A stretch of DNA of 64,000 bases, taken from the NCBI GenBank assembly GCA_964530085.1, contig CAZGXX010000001.1, positions 239,704-303,703 of the forward strand. Direction: 5' to 3'. Under the pieces are notes generated by a model. That model did no database searches. It was not told the origin of the DNA and saw nothing but the letters and a program-made list of their open reading frames with translations. The first letter of the stretch is position 1. Each line of letters opens with the position of its first letter. Position numbers and translations under genes: made by a program. Shown piece by piece: positions 59,999 through 64,000 of the stretch. Source of the DNA: an uncultured Azospirillum sp. (GTDB lineage: Bacteria; Pseudomonadota; Alphaproteobacteria; Rickettsiales; UBA3002).

Positions 59999-60442
59999 TT
60001 AACGTTTCGAGAATTGGAACGAACGGCGGGCTTTCGCCTTACCGTATTTCTTACGCTCGACCACGCGGCTGTCGCGGGTCATGAAGCCGCTCTTACGCAG
60101 CGTTGGGCGGAAAGAAGGATCGTATGCATCGAGCGCGCGGCTGATGCCGTGACGCACCGCGCCCGCTTGGCCGGACAGACCGCCGCCAACCACGGTGATC
60201 ATCACGTCGAACTTGTTTTCGCTCGCCAGCACCACGAAGGGCTGGTTGATGATCATGCGCAGAACGGGACGTGCAAAATAGGTCTCCAGCGATTTGCCGT
60301 TGACGGTGATTTTGCCGCTGCCACGCTTGACCCATACGCGGGCGGTGGCGTCTTTACGACGACCGGTGCCATAGGCGCGACCGAGCTTGTCGATCTTTGG
60401 GGTGCGGGCTTCTTGGATTTCGATTTCTGCTGCCGTTGCCAT
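59999..60442 (-). CDS. rpsI: 30S ribosomal protein S9
   Basis: [14 protein letters not shown] ... [11 protein letters not shown]. Confidence 0.95.
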   Translation of the reverse strand: MATAAEIEIQEARTPKIDKLGRAYGTGRRKDATARVWVKRGSGKITVNGKSLETYFARPVLRMIINQPFVVLASENKFDVMITVVGGGLSGQAGAVRHGISRALDAYDPSFRPTLRKSGFMTRDSRVVERKKYGKAKARRSFQFSKR

Positions 60443-60457
60443 GTTCTTACCTTATTA

Positions 60458-60919
60458 TTAGCGTGCGTTTTTTTCGTTGAAGGAAGCGAAATCCACCACT
60501 TTCGGCGATTGTGCGCTGTGTGGGTGTTCGCCGCCGTTATAGACGTAGAGGTTTTTCATTTGCTGACGCGCAAGGGGGCTGTCTTTCGGCAGCATACGCT
60601 CGATGGCTTTCAGCATCACGCGCTCTGGGTGTTCACCCGAGAGGATATGCTCTGCCGAACGTTCCTTGATACCGCCCGCGTAACCGGTGTGGTAGTAGTA
60701 CACTTTCTTCCCGCGCTTACGGCCAGTCAGCTTCACTTTGTCCGCATTGACGATGACGACATTGTCGCCACAATCCATGTTCGGGGTGTAGCTTGGCTTC
60801 GTTTTGCCGCGCAGGACTTTCGCGACATAGCTAGCGAGACGGCCCAGAACAACGCCCTCGGCGTTGATCATAACCCATTCTTTTTTAATATCTTTCGGCG
60901 TTGCCGAGAACGTTTTCAT
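60458..60919 (-). CDS. rplM: 50S ribosomal protein L13
   Basis: [16 protein letters not shown] ... [12 protein letters not shown]. Confidence 0.95.
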   Translation of the reverse strand: MKTFSATPKDIKKEWVMINAEGVVLGRLASYVAKVLRGKTKPSYTPNMDCGDNVVIVNADKVKLTGRKRGKKVYYYHTGYAGGIKERSAEHILSGEHPERVMLKAIERMLPKDSPLARQQMKNLYVYNGGEHPHSAQSPKVVDFASFNEKNAR

Positions 60920-60960
60920 GACGTGCTCTTTTTATTGGAGTTTCTTAGATAAGGGTGGGC

Positions 60961-60989
60961 TTTCTAGTCGGCGCGGCCCCTAGTGTCAA
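60961..60989 (-). promoter_or_regulatory. Sigma-70-type promoter of rplM-rpsI (TTGACA-17 nt-TAGAAA) with upstream A-tracts
   Basis: Minus-strand TTGACA (60989-60984) and TAGAAA (60966-60961). Phased A5 tracts (CCAAAAAGCCTAAAAAG) lie upstream, like an UP element. Confidence 0.5.
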
Positions 60990-61191
60990 CAAGGAAATGC
61001 GATGGCTTCTTTTTAGGCTTTTTGGCTTCGGTAGCAGCGACTCCTCCGCGGTGATGCGGATAAGATCGCCCCGCCAATACGGGTCTTCTAGTCGATTGCT
61101 GGGGATGAAGACGCAGAGCCTCGGTGCTTTAAAACCTATTTTCTGCGCGTTATAAAAGGGAACCGAGGGATAGTAAATCGACCCGTGGGGA

Positions 61192-61566
61192 TTACTCCCC
61201 TAGCACATCGGCGCGGGTGGAGCCAACGATGGCGAGCGCTTCAGCGATGAGATCAGCCGGGACGTTGAGCTCTTCCATCGCGGATTTGAGATGGGTGGCA
61301 ACGCGGTCAAAATGTCGGCCAGAGAGGCCACTCGCGACCGCTCCCGCATGTGCAGTGCGCAGCGATTTGCCGGTATAATGGTTGGGCCCGCCAAACGCAT
61401 AGGTGACGAAGGCCGACTGGCTGAGGCGTAAGGTCTCGACATTCACATTCTCGAAGAACGGCGCGAGCTCATCGTCGGTGAGAATTTTGTCGTACATTTT
61501 GATCACGGTCGCTTTGACCGCGCTTTCGCCGCCGATGCGCTCAAACAATGGTTTGCTCATAGCCAC
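61192..61566 (-). CDS. glbN: Group 1 truncated haemoglobin
   Basis: LFERIGGESAV ... MYDKILTDDELAPFF ... pattern of the 2-on-2 globins. AAGGAG SD. Confidence 0.85.
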   Translation of the reverse strand: MAMSKPLFERIGGESAVKATVIKMYDKILTDDELAPFFENVNVETLRLSQSAFVTYAFGGPNHYTGKSLRTAHAGAVASGLSGRHFDRVATHLKSAMEELNVPADLIAEALAIVGSTRADVLGE

Positions 61567-61599
61567 TCCTTCATATGTCGCAACTATAGCGCGAACAAA

Positions 61600-62991
61600 T
61601 TACTCCGCATCCTTTATTTTGCGGTAGAAGGTTGATTTGGCGATACCAAGCACGTCCGCCGCCCGGGTGATGTTGTTATCGACATGCGCCAGCGCCATGC
61701 GCATCACTTCGCGCTCGATCTCGGCCATGGTTTTGAAGCTGCCATCGCCGTGGCGTAATGCCATGGAAAGTGCAGAGGGCGCACGGCGCTCTACAGGCGG
61801 CTTCTCGGCGCCTGATTCATGAATCTGTTCGAGGATGGCGCGGTCGATACTGTCGCTATCGGCGAGCACCAGCGCGCGGTGGATGAGTCCTTCCAGTTCG
61901 CGCACATTGCCCGGCCAAGCCTGATGTAGCAGATAATCTTTTGCGTCGGCCTCGAGTGATTTCAGCGGCAAACGATCCGACACCGCGATGCGGCTGATAA
62001 AATGCTCGGCGAGCGGCAGAATATCCTGCGCGCGGTCGCAGAGTCGCGGGATGGTGATGGGCAGCACGTTCAACCGGAAAAACAAATCCTCGCGGAAACG
62101 CCCTGCCTGCACCTCGCGCCGTAAATCACGATTGGTGGCGGTGATGATGCGCACATTCACCTTGATTGGGCGCCCGCCGCCAAGCGGTTCAATCTCTTTT
62201 TGTTGCAGCACGCGCAACAGTCGCACCTGCACATCGACAGGCAGCTCGGTGATATCATCGAGAAAAAGCGTGCCGCCTTCTGCTGCGCGGATTTTGCCCA
62301 GCGCACGCGGTGCATTTCCTGAAGTAGTTCCGCGCTCATCGCCGAAGAGAAGCTGCTCAATATGCTGCGATAACGCGCTGCAATGCACCGCGACAAACGG
62401 TGCGCTCACGCGGCGGCTCTCGCCGTGAATAGTGCGCGCAAAGAGCTCTTTCCCCACGCCGGTTTCGCCCATCAGCAACACAGGCACGTCGGATGCCGCC
62501 GCCTTGCGGCCATAGGCCACGGTCTCTGCGAGCCCGGCATTATGACCGATGATGTCGTGAAATGCGATGGCACCTTCTTTATCGCGCTTGAGTTTTGCCA
62601 ACTCCTGCGACAGCGCCGAAAGGCGGATCGCATTTTTGATGGCGATATCAAGATGCGCTGCTTCCGGCGGCTTGACGATAAAATCGCTCGCGCCTTCCTT
62701 GATGGCTTTCACCGCACTATCCGTATCGTCCGTACCGGTCAGCATCAGCACCGGCAAATCAGGCCGGTACTTGCGGATGGCTTTGAGTGCTTCAAACCCA
62801 CCCATCACGGGCATGTTGATGTCGAGCAGCACGGCGTTGATCTCGCCCACATTGCTTGACTGCACACGCGTCACAGCTTCCTGCCCGTTGGTGACCATGA
62901 TCAGGTCGTAGCCTAGCTTCCTGCCGAGCAGCGCACTCAGCATTTTACGCTGCACGGGGTCGTCTTCGGCAATCAGAACGGTGCTGCTCAT
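61600..62991 (-). CDS. NtrC-family response regulator (REC + AAA+ + Fis-type HTH) lacking the GAFTGA motif
   Basis: REC (LIAEDD ... LDINMP ... KP). Walker A GETGVGKE. Walker B TLFLDDI. C-terminal HTH (ITRAADVLGIAKSTFYRKIK). GAFTGA position reads GTTSGN. Confidence 0.85.
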   Translation of the reverse strand: MSSTVLIAEDDPVQRKMLSALLGRKLGYDLIMVTNGQEAVTRVQSSNVGEINAVLLDINMPVMGGFEALKAIRKYRPDLPVLMLTGTDDTDSAVKAIKEGASDFIVKPPEAAHLDIAIKNAIRLSALSQELAKLKRDKEGAIAFHDIIGHNAGLAETVAYGRKAAASDVPVLLMGETGVGKELFARTIHGESRRVSAPFVAVHCSALSQHIEQLLFGDERGTTSGNAPRALGKIRAAEGGTLFLDDITELPVDVQVRLLRVLQQKEIEPLGGGRPIKVNVRIITATNRDLRREVQAGRFREDLFFRLNVLPITIPRLCDRAQDILPLAEHFISRIAVSDRLPLKSLEADAKDYLLHQAWPGNVRELEGLIHRALVLADSDSIDRAILEQIHESGAEKPPVERRAPSALSMALRHGDGSFKTMAEIEREVMRMALAHVDNNITRAADVLGIAKSTFYRKIKDAE

Positions 62992-63158
62992 CTAGCCCTC
63001 ACGAAGTATCATTTTAGGAATATAGCATAATTAATTCCCAAAATCGAACGTTATTTGAGAAATTCTTGCACCGCAAAAGCACACAACATGCTGATATTCA
63101 ATGATTACGAATATCCACTTAATAATGCGATACTGATTTATAAGAAGGAGACCAACCC

Positions 63159-64000
63159 ATGCTACTGATCGACGAAGGCGCAGATGTTAAGCTAGCCACC
63201 GCGCTTGAAGCGCTTAAGGAAGCGCCGGACGCCAGCCGATGCATCTACTTTAACTTGATGGGCATGCCTGCCATGACCGGACTCAAGGAGGCCATCATTG
63301 ATGCGGCGCGGAAACATATCGGCATCAGCAATCCGCAACTCTATTTCTGCGACGATGGCGATATCTGCATTCTCGCGCCTACGCTTATCTCGAAAGACGC
63401 ACGCAGTTTTATCCTCGACATCGTCACTTTCCTCAACCGCCCGGCGACGGATGATTGGGTGAGCTTTTATGATGTATCGCAGCATGTTCATAAGCTGCTG
63501 ATTACGGTGGAGCAGAAACTGGAGATTCGCCGCGCACGTGAGGCGGCAGCCCAGAAATTGCTCGAACAGCAGCAGCAGGAGCGCAAACGTGAGGCCATTC
63601 TCAAAGGCGGCATCGCGGAATCGGCGGATGATATTAAAGGCCGCCGCGCAAACCGCGCCACGCCGGAGCTGATGATGATCGAGGACGATGCGTTCTCGCG
63701 CCGCCTGGTGGAGAACGTGCTGCAGAAGAAATATCCGCTGACGGCGCTGGCGGAGGCGACCCATGCGCTCAGTAGCTATGCGCGGCTGGCACCGGATCTG
63801 TTGTTTCTGGATATCAACCTGCCAGATGTCACCGGTCATGATCTGCTGGAACGCATTCTGCTCATTGATCCGGATGCGTATGTGATCATGTTGAGCGGTA
63901 ACGCCGATCAGAACAATATCGTGCAGGCCATGAGCAAAGGCGCCAAGGGCTTCATCGCCAAGCCGTTCACCAAAGATAAGTTGCTTCAATATATCGACCG
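63159..64000 (+). CDS. Response regulator, C-terminal receiver domain; 3' end outside the window (not in supplied ORF track)
   Basis: ATG at 63159 with AAGGAG 7 nt upstream. Open to the window end (280 codons). Canonical REC residues in MMIEDD ... LFLDINLP ... MLSG ... IAKP. The listed antisense ORF 63192..63989 is shadow. Confidence 0.75.
   Translation, partial: MLLIDEGADVKLATALEALKEAPDASRCIYFNLMGMPAMTGLKEAIIDAARKHIGISNPQLYFCDDGDICILAPTLISKDARSFILDIVTFLNRPATDDWVSFYDVSQHVHKLLITVEQKLEIRRAREAAAQKLLEQQQQERKREAILKGGIAESADDIKGRRANRATPELMMIEDDAFSRRLVENVLQKKYPLTALAEATHALSSYARLAPDLLFLDINLPDVTGHDLLERILLIDPDAYVIMLSGNADQNNIVQAMSKGAKGFIAKPFTKDKLLQYID

Noticed and set aside
60955-61155. 66-aa plus-strand ORF in the rplM upstream region
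   Set aside because: No SD and odd composition. It overlaps the predicted rplM promoter and UP-element region, so it is more likely non-coding.
62992-63158. Sigma-54 promoter or other defined operator in the AT-rich divergent region between the EBP-like regulator and the response regulator
   Set aside because: TTGCACCGCAAAAGCA lacks the -24 GG element. I could define no convincing motif.
63192-63989. 265-aa ORF on the minus strand, the only ORF listed for this region
   Set aside because: The plus strand carries an SD-preceded ORF open to the window end with a canonical receiver domain. The minus ORF is its shadow.

Overview
This is a G+C-rich 64-kb chromosomal segment. Sample lines in core genes count 60-68 % G+C. 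Gene content and order look alphaproteobacterial. That is an inference from conserved clusters: pepA-holC; lptF-lptG-lptD-surA-rsmA; glyA-nrdR-ribD-ribE-ribBA-ribH-nusB-thiL; rpmH-rnpA-yidD-yidC-engB-argB; gpmI-envC-ctpA-yibQ-rppH; rplU-rpmA-obg-proB-proA-nadD-rsfS-rlmH; phoR/pstCAB; and rplM-rpsI-argC. All function calls come from reading the translated ORFs by eye; no database search was run. I call 74 protein-coding genes. Two are missing from the supplied ORF track: rpmH (33876..34010) and a response regulator that runs off the 3' end from 63159. I saw no rRNA, tRNA, IS/transposase, integrase, CRISPR array or recognisable defence or toxin-antitoxin system. Many long ORFs in the track are antisense shadow ORFs typical of high-GC DNA, and I rejected them. 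Six things deserve a second look. (1) A family of about 28-bp heptanucleotide tandem arrays shares a (7+7)x2 architecture. They lie at the 5' ends of minus-strand genes, and two are embedded in coding sequence (thiL, nadD). (2) An orphan prepilin-peptidase plus lipoprotein-secretin module is followed by an ABC-2-like permease and an unknown protein (27060..31435). (3) An accessory block of four unknown genes (2883..7399) contains a roughly 100-nt element able to form mutually exclusive hairpins and a Pho-box-like direct repeat. (4) Single low-GC orphan genes recur inside otherwise conserved operons. Examples are a beta-helix protein, a ChaN/Tiki-like protein, and small membrane proteins that replace pstS and phoU/phoB positions. 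(5) rsfS probably starts at a non-canonical ATT, and rsfS, L21 and L27 all carry Ala/Lys/Pro-rich tails. (6) An NtrC-type regulator lacks the GAFTGA motif. I cannot show that any of these is a new 'system'. The heptamer arrays and the secretin module are the best candidates.
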